From positions 1 to 45,685 of the forward strand of contig JAFSZO010000096.1 of NCBI GenBank assembly GCA_017455605.1: a stretch of DNA of 45,685 nucleotides, read 5' to 3'. The position numbers and the translations under genes were made by a program. The notes below the pieces were generated by a model that made no database searches, had not been told where the DNA came from, and saw nothing but the letters and a program-made list of their open reading frames with translations. This document shows, piece by piece, positions 34,325 to 43,200 of this stretch (the first letter of the stretch is position 1; each line of letters starts with the position of its first letter). The DNA comes from Clostridia bacterium (GTDB taxonomy: Bacteria; Bacillota; Clostridia; Christensenellales; CAG-1252).

Positions 34325-36018
34325 TGAACTTAAAATCGAAACCGTTCTATCTGAATGATAGTGATATACAATGGGTAAATAAGACGCTCGCCGGAATGAG
34401 CGAAGAGGAAAAAATCGGACAACTGTTTTGTTTGATCACCTATACCGACGATGAAAAGTACTTGAAGTCTCTTGCGGCGGACCTAAAGGTCGGCGGCGTC
34501 ATGACGCGAACCATGAGCTTACCGGAGATCGTTAATACCGTAACGCATCTTCAGCGTAATGCGAAGGTCCCGATGCTCATTTCCGCGAATTTGGAAGCGG
34601 GATTGAATCAAGCGTGTTACGAAGGCACGCGCGTCGGCTGTCAAATGGGCATTGCCGCGACGAACGATAAACAGTACGCGACGGCGCTCGCGAGGATCAT
34701 CGGAGAAGAGGCAAGCGCGCTCGGCATAAACTGGGCGTTTGCGCCGATCATCGATATCGATTATAATTTTCGCAATCCCATAACCAATACGCGCACGTTC
34801 GGGAGCGACGTGGAAACCGTTGCGTCCTTCGGAAAAGCATACGTGGAAGAGGTGCAAAAGCACGGGATCGCGGCAAGCATAAAGCATTTCCCGGGCGACG
34901 GCGTGGACGAGAGGGATCAACACCTTCTCGCTTCGGTCAATTCTCTTTCTGCGGAAGAATGGGATGAAAGTTACGGATACGTATATCGGACTTGTATCGA
35001 TGCGGGCGCAAAGACCGTGATGGTCGGACACATCATGCAACCGGCGTATTCAAAAGCGTTAAACCCCGAGCTGAAAGACGATGAGATAATGCCGGGGCTC
35101 ATTGCGCCCGAACTTTTGAATGGACTGTTGCGCGGCAAACTCGGATTCAACGGACTCATCGTCACAGACTCCACGACGATGGCGGGAATGGGCACGGTGA
35201 TGCCCAGAGAAAAAGCCGTGCCGCTCACGATCGCTTCGGGGTGCGATATGTTCTTGTTTACCAAGAACTTGGAAGAAGATTTCGCCTTTATGACTGCCGG
35301 CGTGAAGAGCGGCGTCATCTCGCAAGAAAGACTCGACGAAGCGGTAACGCGCATACTTGCGTTGAAAGCCTCTCTGAAATTGCACGAGAAAAGCAATATC
35401 CCGGATGAGCATGCGGCAAGGCAGACGGTAGGGTGCGCGGAGCATAAAGCGGTGGCGCGAGAGGTCGCGGACAAAAGCATCACGCTCGTGAAGAGCGAAA
35501 AAGGTGTTTTGCCCATATCTCCCAACAAATATAAGCGCGTTCTTGTTTATAAAAAAGAAGGCGCAGCCAATGCGTTCGGCGGCGGCATCGCTGCGGGAAC
35601 GTGCGATCGTTTTATTGAAAAACTGCGGGCGCAAGGCTTTGCCGTCGACGTATTTGTACCCGATGGCGGATGGGAAGGTATGGCGAAACCTGTCAGAGAA
35701 GTATACGACAAGTACGATTTGATCCTTTATCTTGTCGCTCTCGCGACAAAATCCAATCAAACGGTCGTCAGGATCGAATGGGCGGAACCGATGGGAGCGG
35801 ACGTTCCCGTATTTATGAACTCCGTGCCGACGATCATGATCTCGTTTGAGAATCCATATCATCTGCTGGATGCTCCGAGGATCAAAACCTATATAAATAC
35901 TTACGGCGGAACAGACGAAATACAGAATGAATTGATGAAAAAACTGACGGGGAAAAGCGCCTTTACGGGGAAAAGCCCCGTTGACGCCTTCTGCGGGAAA
36001 TGGGATACCAAATTATGA
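34324..36018 (+). CDS. Glycoside hydrolase family 3 protein (beta-glucosidase / beta-N-acetylhexosaminidase-like)
   Basis: 564 aa. KHFPGDGVDERDQH and GLIVTDS motifs. Confidence 0.85.
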   Translation: MNLKSKPFYLNDSDIQWVNKTLAGMSEEEKIGQLFCLITYTDDEKYLKSLAADLKVGGVMTRTMSLPEIVNTVTHLQRNAKVPMLISANLEAGLNQACYEGTRVGCQMGIAATNDKQYATALARIIGEEASALGINWAFAPIIDIDYNFRNPITNTRTFGSDVETVASFGKAYVEEVQKHGIAASIKHFPGDGVDERDQHLLASVNSLSAEEWDESYGYVYRTCIDAGAKTVMVGHIMQPAYSKALNPELKDDEIMPGLIAPELLNGLLRGKLGFNGLIVTDSTTMAGMGTVMPREKAVPLTIASGCDMFLFTKNLEEDFAFMTAGVKSGVISQERLDEAVTRILALKASLKLHEKSNIPDEHAARQTVGCAEHKAVAREVADKSITLVKSEKGVLPISPNKYKRVLVYKKEGAANAFGGGIAAGTCDRFIEKLRAQGFAVDVFVPDGGWEGMAKPVREVYDKYDLILYLVALATKSNQTVVRIEWAEPMGADVPVFMNSVPTIMISFENPYHLLDAPRIKTYINTYGGTDEIQNELMKKLTGKSAFTGKSPVDAFCGKWDTKL

Positions 36019-37466
36019 ACCTTGATTTTTTAAAAAAAGCCGAAGCCGCAAAGCCGAAGCTGACTGTCAAAACGCATACCGTGAAAGGCGGGCAAGTGCT
36101 CGCGGAGAGAGAAACGGTCGTGTACGATTTCGGGACGCATCTCGTAGGGTATCCGAAAATATGGTTTTCCTCGGTCGGAGCGCATTACGACGCTCCTGCC
36201 CTTATCAAGGTGCGTTTTTGCGAAACGGCGCAAGAGCTTGAAGAGGATACGTCCTCTTACAACGGGTGGATCAGCAAAGGTTGGATTCAGGATGAAATCA
36301 TTCACCTTGACGTATTGCCTTGTGCTTATGCGTTTAAGCGAAGGTTCGCCTTTCGCTACATCAAAGCGGAAGTAATGGCTACTTCTCCCAAATACAGGCT
36401 TCGTATCGATAAAGTAAGCGTAAAGAGCGTGACGAGCGCGCCCGAGCGGATCCCCGTTTGCGGGAGCAGTAAAAGGGAGAAGGCCATCGATAAGGTCGCG
36501 CTGAAAACGCTTTCGGAATGTATGCAATATGAGTTTGAGGACGGACCGAAACGCGATATGCGGTTATGGCTCGGCGACCTGCGTTTGCAGGCGCTCACCA
36601 ATTATCAAACGTATCGGCATAACGATTTGGTCAAACGTTGTCTGTATCTTTTCGCCGCGACGGCGGACGGAGAAGGCAACATAAGTCAATGCGTTTTCAC
36701 GAAGCCGGACGTCGCGCCCGACGATCAGTCGTTGTTTGATTATTCCCTGCTGTTTATCCCCACGTTGTACGATTATTTCAAGGAGACGGGTGATCGGCAG
36801 ACGATAAACGATCTTTTGCCGCTTGCCGAAAAACAAATAGAGATCGCAAAGAAGCGCTTCGACGGAGATTTGATTAAAGATTGCGACAAGCTCGGCTGGT
36901 GTTTCCTCGATTGGTCGCTTGACCTCAATAAACAGGCGGGAGCGCAAGCTGTTTACATTTATGCCGAAAAGACACTTGCAAAACTGTTAAAAGAATTGCA
37001 TAGAGACGCCTCTCCTTATGAGAAAGACGTCGCGTCGAAGTCGGCTAAGGCGATCGAAGGGTTTTATGATAAAGAGCGAGGACTGTTCGTCAGCGGAAAG
37101 CAAAGACAGATCTCTTATGCAACCAACGTATGGTTTGTGCTCGCCGAAGTTTTTAAGGCGAAAGAAAACGCCTTGCTCTTGGATCGTTTGCAGGCGTGCA
37201 AAGAAGCGATCAAGCCGATTACCCCCTATATGATGCACCACTATGTGCAGGCGCTCGCGGACAGCGGGAATATAGGCGAAGCCCGAAAGGTGATAGGCGA
37301 ATACTGGGGCGGCATGACGGAACGCGGCGCAGACACCTTTTGGGAGCTGTTTGATCCGGAAGACCCGGACCAATCACCTTATGGCGGCAAAGCGGTTAAC
37401 AGCTATTGCCACGCTTGGAGTTGTACGCCGGCATACTTTTTCAGGAAATATTTTGCGGAGGTCTGA
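36015..37466 (+). CDS. Six-hairpin glycosidase, GH78 alpha-L-rhamnosidase-like
   Basis: 483 aa from MNLDFLKK (ATGA overlap with the GH3 stop). DGPKRDMRLWLGD, GWCFLDWS, SYCHAWSCTP. Confidence 0.6.
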   Translation: MNLDFLKKAEAAKPKLTVKTHTVKGGQVLAERETVVYDFGTHLVGYPKIWFSSVGAHYDAPALIKVRFCETAQELEEDTSSYNGWISKGWIQDEIIHLDVLPCAYAFKRRFAFRYIKAEVMATSPKYRLRIDKVSVKSVTSAPERIPVCGSSKREKAIDKVALKTLSECMQYEFEDGPKRDMRLWLGDLRLQALTNYQTYRHNDLVKRCLYLFAATADGEGNISQCVFTKPDVAPDDQSLFDYSLLFIPTLYDYFKETGDRQTINDLLPLAEKQIEIAKKRFDGDLIKDCDKLGWCFLDWSLDLNKQAGAQAVYIYAEKTLAKLLKELHRDASPYEKDVASKSAKAIEGFYDKERGLFVSGKQRQISYATNVWFVLAEVFKAKENALLLDRLQACKEAIKPITPYMMHHYVQALADSGNIGEARKVIGEYWGGMTERGADTFWELFDPEDPDQSPYGGKAVNSYCHAWSCTPAYFFRKYFAEV

Positions 37467-37467
37467 T

Positions 37468-38109
37468 ATGATAAAAGGCGTCATCTTTGACTTGGACGGC
37501 GTTTTGCTGTTCACCGACAAATATCATTACAAGGCTTGGAAATCGCTCGCCGATAAGCTCCGAATCCCTTTTGATGAAAAGGTCAACGATAGGCTTCGCG
37601 GCGTTTCGAGGATGGAGAGCCTCAATATCGTGCTGTCCTATTCCGACCAGACTTTCTCCGAAACGGAAAAGGAAGTGATGGCGGCGGAAAAGAATGCATT
37701 GTATCGTGAGTATCTGCAGAAAATGACGCCGTCGGACGTATCCGACGACACGCGCGCCGTGCTTGAGGGCTTGCGCCGGCGCGGGCTAAAACTTGCCATA
37801 GGTTCTTCATCGAAAAACACGCCGCTCATTTTGGAAAAAACCGGCATAGCGAAATATTTTCACGCCGTATCCGACGGTAATAACATCACGCACAGTAAGC
37901 CCGATCCGGAGGTTTTCCTGAAGGCGGCGGAGTATTTGAATTTGCAGCCTTGCGAATGCATCGTCGTAGAAGATGCGGAAGCGGGAATAGATGCGGGAAA
38001 TGCGGGCGGTTTCCTGACGGTGGGGATCGGATGCGCGGCGCAATATGAGAAAACGGATCATCCGATAAAAAGTCTGTCGGAACTCATTGACTTTGTGCAA
38101 AAGCAGTAA
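37468..38109 (+). CDS. pgmB: Beta-phosphoglucomutase (HAD family)
   Basis: 213 aa. MIKGVIFDLDGVLLFTDKYHYKAWK..LRGVSRMESL, VVEDAEAGIDAG. Confidence 0.85.
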   Translation: MIKGVIFDLDGVLLFTDKYHYKAWKSLADKLRIPFDEKVNDRLRGVSRMESLNIVLSYSDQTFSETEKEVMAAEKNALYREYLQKMTPSDVSDDTRAVLEGLRRRGLKLAIGSSSKNTPLILEKTGIAKYFHAVSDGNNITHSKPDPEVFLKAAEYLNLQPCECIVVEDAEAGIDAGNAGGFLTVGIGCAAQYEKTDHPIKSLSELIDFVQKQ

Positions 38110-38143
38110 TTCGGGTCGCCCGATCGCCTGCTTTCCTGCCTGC

Positions 38144-38170
38144 AAAACGCAGAAATGTTGCGTTTATATT
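38144..38170 (+). terminator. Intrinsic terminator after pgmB
   Basis: AAACGCA-gaaatgt-TGCGTTT followed by ATATT. Confidence 0.5.
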
Positions 38171-38339
38171 CCTTAAACAGACTTTAGGCGCTTTTACCAA
38201 TCGTTTAGATACGGACGGGATAAAGGGACGCACCAAAGCGATCACGCCCGAGCGTACCAATATGGTTACCCGGTTTTTGACCGTTGGCGCGGATACGCCG
38301 ATGGACTTTACTATATAGGGATTGTCTGTATTGGGGTAA

Positions 38340-38530
38340 AGAAAAAGCAGGTCAACGAGGCACGAGAAAAAATTGATGTGGTGTTATTCATCAATAGAAA
38401 TAATCAGTCAATTATTTCTCGCGTTGACCTGCAAGAGATCTGTGCTACAACAAAAGGGCGAAAGGAAAATAAACGGAGAAAATCTCCTAAATAGCAAAAA
38501 AAGCCAAGCATTACCGCCTGGCGAAAAAGG
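38340..38530 (-). repeat. ~190-bp arm homologous (inverted) to 45030-45230
   Basis: Blocks shared in the same order relative to the neighbouring tRNA-Val: gccaggcg..cttggcTTTTTT hairpin, ctatttagg, ctccgtttattt, gtagcacaga, and the inverted pair GTCAACG ... CGTTGAC. Confidence 0.65.
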
Positions 38531-38633
38531 TTTTTAGTGAAAGAAATCAGCGTTTGATTACAACGGCGAGATAGTCCCATAAAATGAATAATACGAACCC
38601 TTTCTTTCCAAAAGAGTTCGTATTATTCACCTG

Positions 38634-38800
38634 TGGTGGACAGTAAGGGACTCTCCTCTTGCGGTGCTCGGAGCAATGCGTTTTTGTCCTGTTTCTGCTC
38701 CTCGCACCGCGGCGGTCATCGCTAAAATCGACAGAAGTCAACTGTCGATTTCTTAACGCTCTCGGTTCTCGTCCCGTGTTAAGGGCAGTGCGCGAAAAAA
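38634..38800 (-). repeat. Exact 20-nt copy of the tRNA-Val(GAC) 3' end plus ~150-nt conserved arm (proximal copy)
   Basis: 38634-38653 is identical to 38842-38861. The arm aligns with 26184-26345. Confidence 0.7.
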
Positions 38801-38836
38801 ACGAACCCCGAATTGCTTTCGGAGTTCGTTTTATTT
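38794..38836 (-). terminator. Bidirectional terminator immediately 3' of tRNA-Val(GAC)
   Basis: AACGAACCCCGAA ... TTCGGAGTTCGTT flanked by an A-run and a T-run. Homologous to the terminator after tRNA-Val(CAC). Confidence 0.7.
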
Positions 38837-38841
38837 CGTTA

Positions 38842-38917
38842 TGGTGGACAGTAAGGGACTCGAACCCCTGACCCTCTCCACGTCAAGAAGACGCTCTACC
38901 AACTGAGCTAACTGTCC
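38842..38917 (-). tRNA. tRNA-Val (anticodon GAC), CCA encoded
   Basis: 76-nt cloverleaf folded by hand. Acceptor GGACAGT/ACTGTCC, D stem GCTC/GAGC, anticodon loop TTGACGT, T arm AGGGG-TTCGAGT-CCCTT. Confidence 0.9.
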
Positions 38918-39105
38918 ATTGGGTGATGTTATTGTAGCACAGTGGGGAAAGATTTGCAAGCACTTTGCGTATTTAATTCGCGATTTGTTTATTTTGTTTT
39001 TCGGGGGTGGGTCGAGGCGGCAAATCGCGACATCACGGGCAGGGAGGACGCTCTCGGCGCGAAATGCTTGCGCGCAAAGCCTGCGGATGATACAATGGGA
39101 TCGAG

Positions 39106-39639
39106 ATGAAAGAAACCGCTCTGAAAAAACTGAATACGCGCGACATCGCCTACATCGCGCTCGCGGTCGCCGTCAATGCGATCTGCGCCTTCATCACGAT
39201 CCCCGCGACCGTCCCCTTCACATTGCAGGTCTTCGGCGTCTTCTTTACGCTGGAATACCTCGGCGGCAAGCGCGGTGCGATCGCGATCTGGCTCTATCTG
39301 CTCTTCGGGGCGGTGGGGCTACCCGTCTTTGCGGGCTTCCGCGGAGGCTTCTCGGTGCTCCTGTCCGCGACGGGCGGCTTCATTATGGCGTTCGCGGCGG
39401 TGGCGCTCCTGTACTTCATCCTTTCCTTCTTCAAGATGCCCGCCTGGACGCATTACGCCACGGCGGCGGTTTCGCTCGCTCTCGTCTACTTCGGCGGCAG
39501 CGCCTGGTTCGTCTATATGATGGGCGGAGGGCTCCGTCACGCGCTCCTCGTCTGCGTCGTTCCCTTTATTTTGCCCGACCTCATCAAGGTCGCACTTGCC
39601 TTTCTGCTGTCGGCGAGATTGAAGCGGGTGAGAGGGTGA
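39106..39639 (+). CDS. bioY: Biotin transporter BioY (ECF S component)
   Basis: 177 aa. PFTLQVFGVFF..GGKRGA..GLPVFAG..GG...L.SATGGFIMAF pattern. The overlapping 248-aa ORF at 38919-39665 is Arg-rich and was rejected. Confidence 0.85.
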   Translation: MKETALKKLNTRDIAYIALAVAVNAICAFITIPATVPFTLQVFGVFFTLEYLGGKRGAIAIWLYLLFGAVGLPVFAGFRGGFSVLLSATGGFIMAFAAVALLYFILSFFKMPAWTHYATAAVSLALVYFGGSAWFVYMMGGGLRHALLVCVVPFILPDLIKVALAFLLSARLKRVRG

Positions 39640-39743
39640 CGCGACGCTTTTCTAGGGACTCTTAGGGACAAATCGCCCCGAAAGGAGCCAAGCGAGCGAT
39701 GCCTCGGCGAGGTGGCTGCCCCCCGTAAACGGAGAAAAGGAAA

Positions 39744-40046
39744 ATGGACAAAAACGAACTCGAAAAGGAAATGAACGCCCTCATCGCGCGATTGGATGCG
39801 ATCCTCGAGGCGATCAAGGCGATCAGGAATCACCAATACGACAACATGTGCGTCGACTTTCGTCGAAGCGTCCGCAAGGCGCGCGCAGAGGTCTTCACCG
39901 AATGGGAACGCTTGCTCGGGGATACCGCGTCGCTCGCCGCCTTCAATCTCGCCGCCTACGTTGCCGCGCAGGGGAAACGGATCGACGGCTTCCTCTCGAC
40001 CTTGGATTACTTAAAAGCCCGTCCGCCCATCAAAAACCCGTATTGA
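39744..40046 (+). CDS. Hypothetical protein (helical)
   Basis: 100-aa ORF with a GGAGAAAAGGAAA RBS region. No family recognised. Confidence 0.5.
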   Translation: MDKNELEKEMNALIARLDAILEAIKAIRNHQYDNMCVDFRRSVRKARAEVFTEWERLLGDTASLAAFNLAAYVAAQGKRIDGFLSTLDYLKARPPIKNPY

Positions 40047-40284
40047 CCCCTGTTTGCGCTTCGCTATCTTGCGGTTCCGCAAAAAAAACGACGTTTTCTT
40101 CTTATCATCGGATAAATCCGAATAAATCAGGAGTTTTCTTTTTGCTCGAAAGAACCTTTTGTTCGCGCTCGGCATATAAAACATAAAAAGGTCTTGTCAC
40201 AGGCGCGCAGGGCGTGTTATTATATTATATAACATTACGGGCATGCCCGAACACTCGAAACGTTGTCATTTCGGAGGAGGATCT

Positions 40285-43200
40285 ATGAAAAAACTTTTGA
40301 TCATCATTCCCGTCGTGATCGTGATCGCCGCCGCGACCGTCCTCGGACTGTTCGCCGCCGGTGTGATCGGCAAGAAGGACGAACCCGTTGCCTATGCGGT
40401 CGATTCCGAGGCGACGGAGGTCGGCGTCTTCAAAGAGCTCGGCGTCGACACCTTCTTTGACGTTCGCGCCGATCGCGACCCGTCCACGGCGCTCGATAAC
40501 TTCGTGATCGTGCACGACAACAAGGGCAACAAGGTCCCGCTGAAGAGCACGCGCCAAGGGGACGGCGTCTACCGCATCACCGCGCGCGACGGATTCAAGC
40601 CCCGTGCGACCTATCGCATCTGGGCGACCGGCTCGACCTTCGTGGCGGAGCAATACAAGGATCTCGATACCTTTATCTTCACCATCAAAGGCGGCGCCGA
40701 AACGGAGACCGTGACGGTCAAGGAGGGCATCAAGAAGCTCGCCCTTGCAGGCACGACGGTGACTCCCCTCGAGCAGAACGGCGAGACCTACTACACCATC
40801 ACCCTCGCCGCCGCGGCGGAAGCGCGTTTCGGGGCGGGCGAAGTGATCCTCGCGAAAAAACCCGTCGGCGCCGGCTTCGACGAGGACCTCGAGGTCTTGT
40901 ATGCCGGCGAGATCGAGAATTACGAATACAACGGTTTCGCGGCGTACGTGGTCGAGCGTGAGTCCCGGATCGTGGACGGCAAGGAGGAGATCTACTGCCG
41001 TTTGGCGAGCCTCGGCGACGTCGTGAAAAACATCGACATCTACAAGACCCTGACCATCGACGAGAACAACTTCACCGTCAACGAGGCGATGCTGCAGGAA
41101 GCGCTCGATAAGAGCGAATTCACCGCGGCTGTCTACGAAGCGGCGGTCGAAGCGTTCGACCTGTTCAGCGGTCAATTTGAAAAGACCGTCAGGAACGAGA
41201 ATCCGAAGATCACCGCGAAGTTCGCCTACGAGGTCGACAAGGAAAAGATCCAGCTCGACTTCTACTTCATCGTCACTCTCGCGAAGGGGATGGACCTCAC
41301 CTTTGCGGTCAAGAACACGATCAACCTGACGCCCAACCTGAACTGGCAGTTCGACGGCACCGATTTGGACGACCTGCAGCTCGACCTCGGCGTGAACATC
41401 AAGACCAAGACCGTCGCCTCCGTCGAGATGGAGACCTCGGATGCGAAGCTCCAAGCCACCGACATCGAGGATTTCAAAAAGAAGTTCACCGATCTCGTCA
41501 CCGGCAAGACGGCGGAGAAGGGCATCGTGGGCGCGGAGCTCCCGATCTATTCCTACAAGTACCCGATCTACTGCTTCGTGCTCGGCATCGAGTTCGGCGT
41601 TGACATCAACCTGGGCATCAAGGCGCAGGTCGACTTCGAGTACGTCTACGAGACCGACATCACCGCGGGCGTGACCTACGTCGACGGCAAGGTCGACACC
41701 TACAAGAGCATCGACACCTCCTCCAGCGCGAAGGACCTCGTCCTCCTCGGCAAGGTGAAGGCGGAGGCGGGCGTCTACGTGAAGCTGACCGCCAGCCTGC
41801 TCGAGGTCGTGGGTATCGGCTTCAAGGTGAAGACGGGCGTCTACGCGGAGATCGCGGGTCAGCTCCGTCTCGATATGCAGGCGGCGCTCAACAAGGAGCT
41901 CCATATCATCAAGGGCTACTACGTGACCGGCGGGCTGTACCTCGCCTTTGACTTCGAGCTCAAGGCGGGTCTCGACATCCCGTACATCGGCTACAAGGGT
42001 TGGGACAAGAGCTGGGAGCTCGGTCGCTTGGAGTATCCCCTCTTCGAGTACGGTTCCAAGTACCTCGTCCAGTCTCTCGTCAACGACGATATGACGGTGG
42101 AGGTGCAGGGCAAGACCGCCGCGTTCAACGAGATCGAGGTCAACGCCTTCGACCTCGACAAGGTCGCGGACGCGAATCACGTCAAGGTCCCCCTCGACAG
42201 CTTTGACATCGAATATCTTGACGGCGCGGAGAATTATATCACCCTCGAGAACGGCCTCGTGAAGGTCAATCCCGCCGTGGGCACCGAGTTCACCGCGGTC
42301 GTGAAGATCACGGCGAAAAACGACAACTACGTGACGGGCACCGTCTCCTTCCACAAGGCTGCCGTGATGCCCACCTGCGCGGACACTTCGCGCTCCTTCG
42401 ATAAGAACGAGCCTGCGGACGTCACCTTCGACGTGAAGAAGAATCAATCCTCCTTCATCGGGCTCAACGGCGTGGGCATCACCGTGGCGTCCTACGCCGC
42501 CCAAGACACCGGCGCGGTCACGATCTACAAGGAGTTCCTCGCGGATCTCGCCGTCGGTGAGCACGAGTTCATCTACGTGACCGACAAGGGCCGCGTGACC
42601 CTCACTGTCGTCGTCTTCGACTCCACGCCGATCGGCGCGCCCGTCACCGCAGCCACCTTCAGCAAGACCGCGAAGGCGAACGTCGTATTCGCGCTCGAGC
42701 TGTCGGGCAGCAAGGTCGAAAAGATCGAAGGACTCAACGCGGGCGACTACAGCGTGGACAGCGCGGGCACCCTCGTGATCTACGCCTCCGCCCTCGAAAA
42801 TAAGGCGGCGGGTGACTACGACCTCACCGTGGTCGCCACCAATGATTCCACCCTCGACCTCATCGTGACGGTCGAGGACGATCGCGTGCCTGCTCTCTAT
42901 GAGAGCAAGTTCACCTTCTCCAAGAACGCGGGCGTGAAGCACAACGTGGCTGTCGCCTTCGAGGCGTACACCTACTCCGTCGTCGGCGTAGAAGGCAAGA
43001 CCACTCGGATCTCCGAGTCCGACTACGAGATCGCGCAGGGCAAGGTCAACGTTTTGGCGAGCTATCTGTCCGGACTGAACCAAGGCGACTACAGCTTTAC
43101 GCTGAAGTTTACGGGCGCCACCGGCGTCGAGAGCCGCAACTTTAAGATCACGGTCTCCGACACCGCCGCCATCGTGGCGGGCGTCTCCTACGCCACCTTC

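Larger units (their letters stand above)
26164..38653. mobile_element. AT-richer carbohydrate-utilisation genomic island next to tRNA-Val(GAC), integrase-less (remnant?)
   Basis: Abrupt compositional and codon-usage shift relative to the flanks. Bracketed by tRNA-Val-3'-end-like direct repeats with conserved arms. Arm homology to the mobile-element edge at 45030-45230. Confidence 0.45.

Noticed and set aside
38180-38320. Remnant of an AsnC/Lrp-like HTH gene on the minus strand (..SIGVSAPTVKNRVTILVRSGVIAL..)
   Set aside because: The match is short and suggestive, but there is no start codon and no ORF call. It cannot be distinguished from chance without a search.
38634-38800. tmRNA, or a second tRNA gene, ending in ..UCCACCA
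   Set aside because: Only the last 20 nt match tRNA-Val. I could not fold a T-arm, a D-arm or an acceptor 5' strand. The length and content do not fit tmRNA, with no tag ORF or pseudoknot signature that I could recognise. It is kept as an att-like repeat or an unknown RNA.
38919-39665. 248-aa ORF overlapping bioY in another frame
   Set aside because: Its translation is Arg-rich with no membrane character. The 39106-39639 frame gives a canonical BioY.
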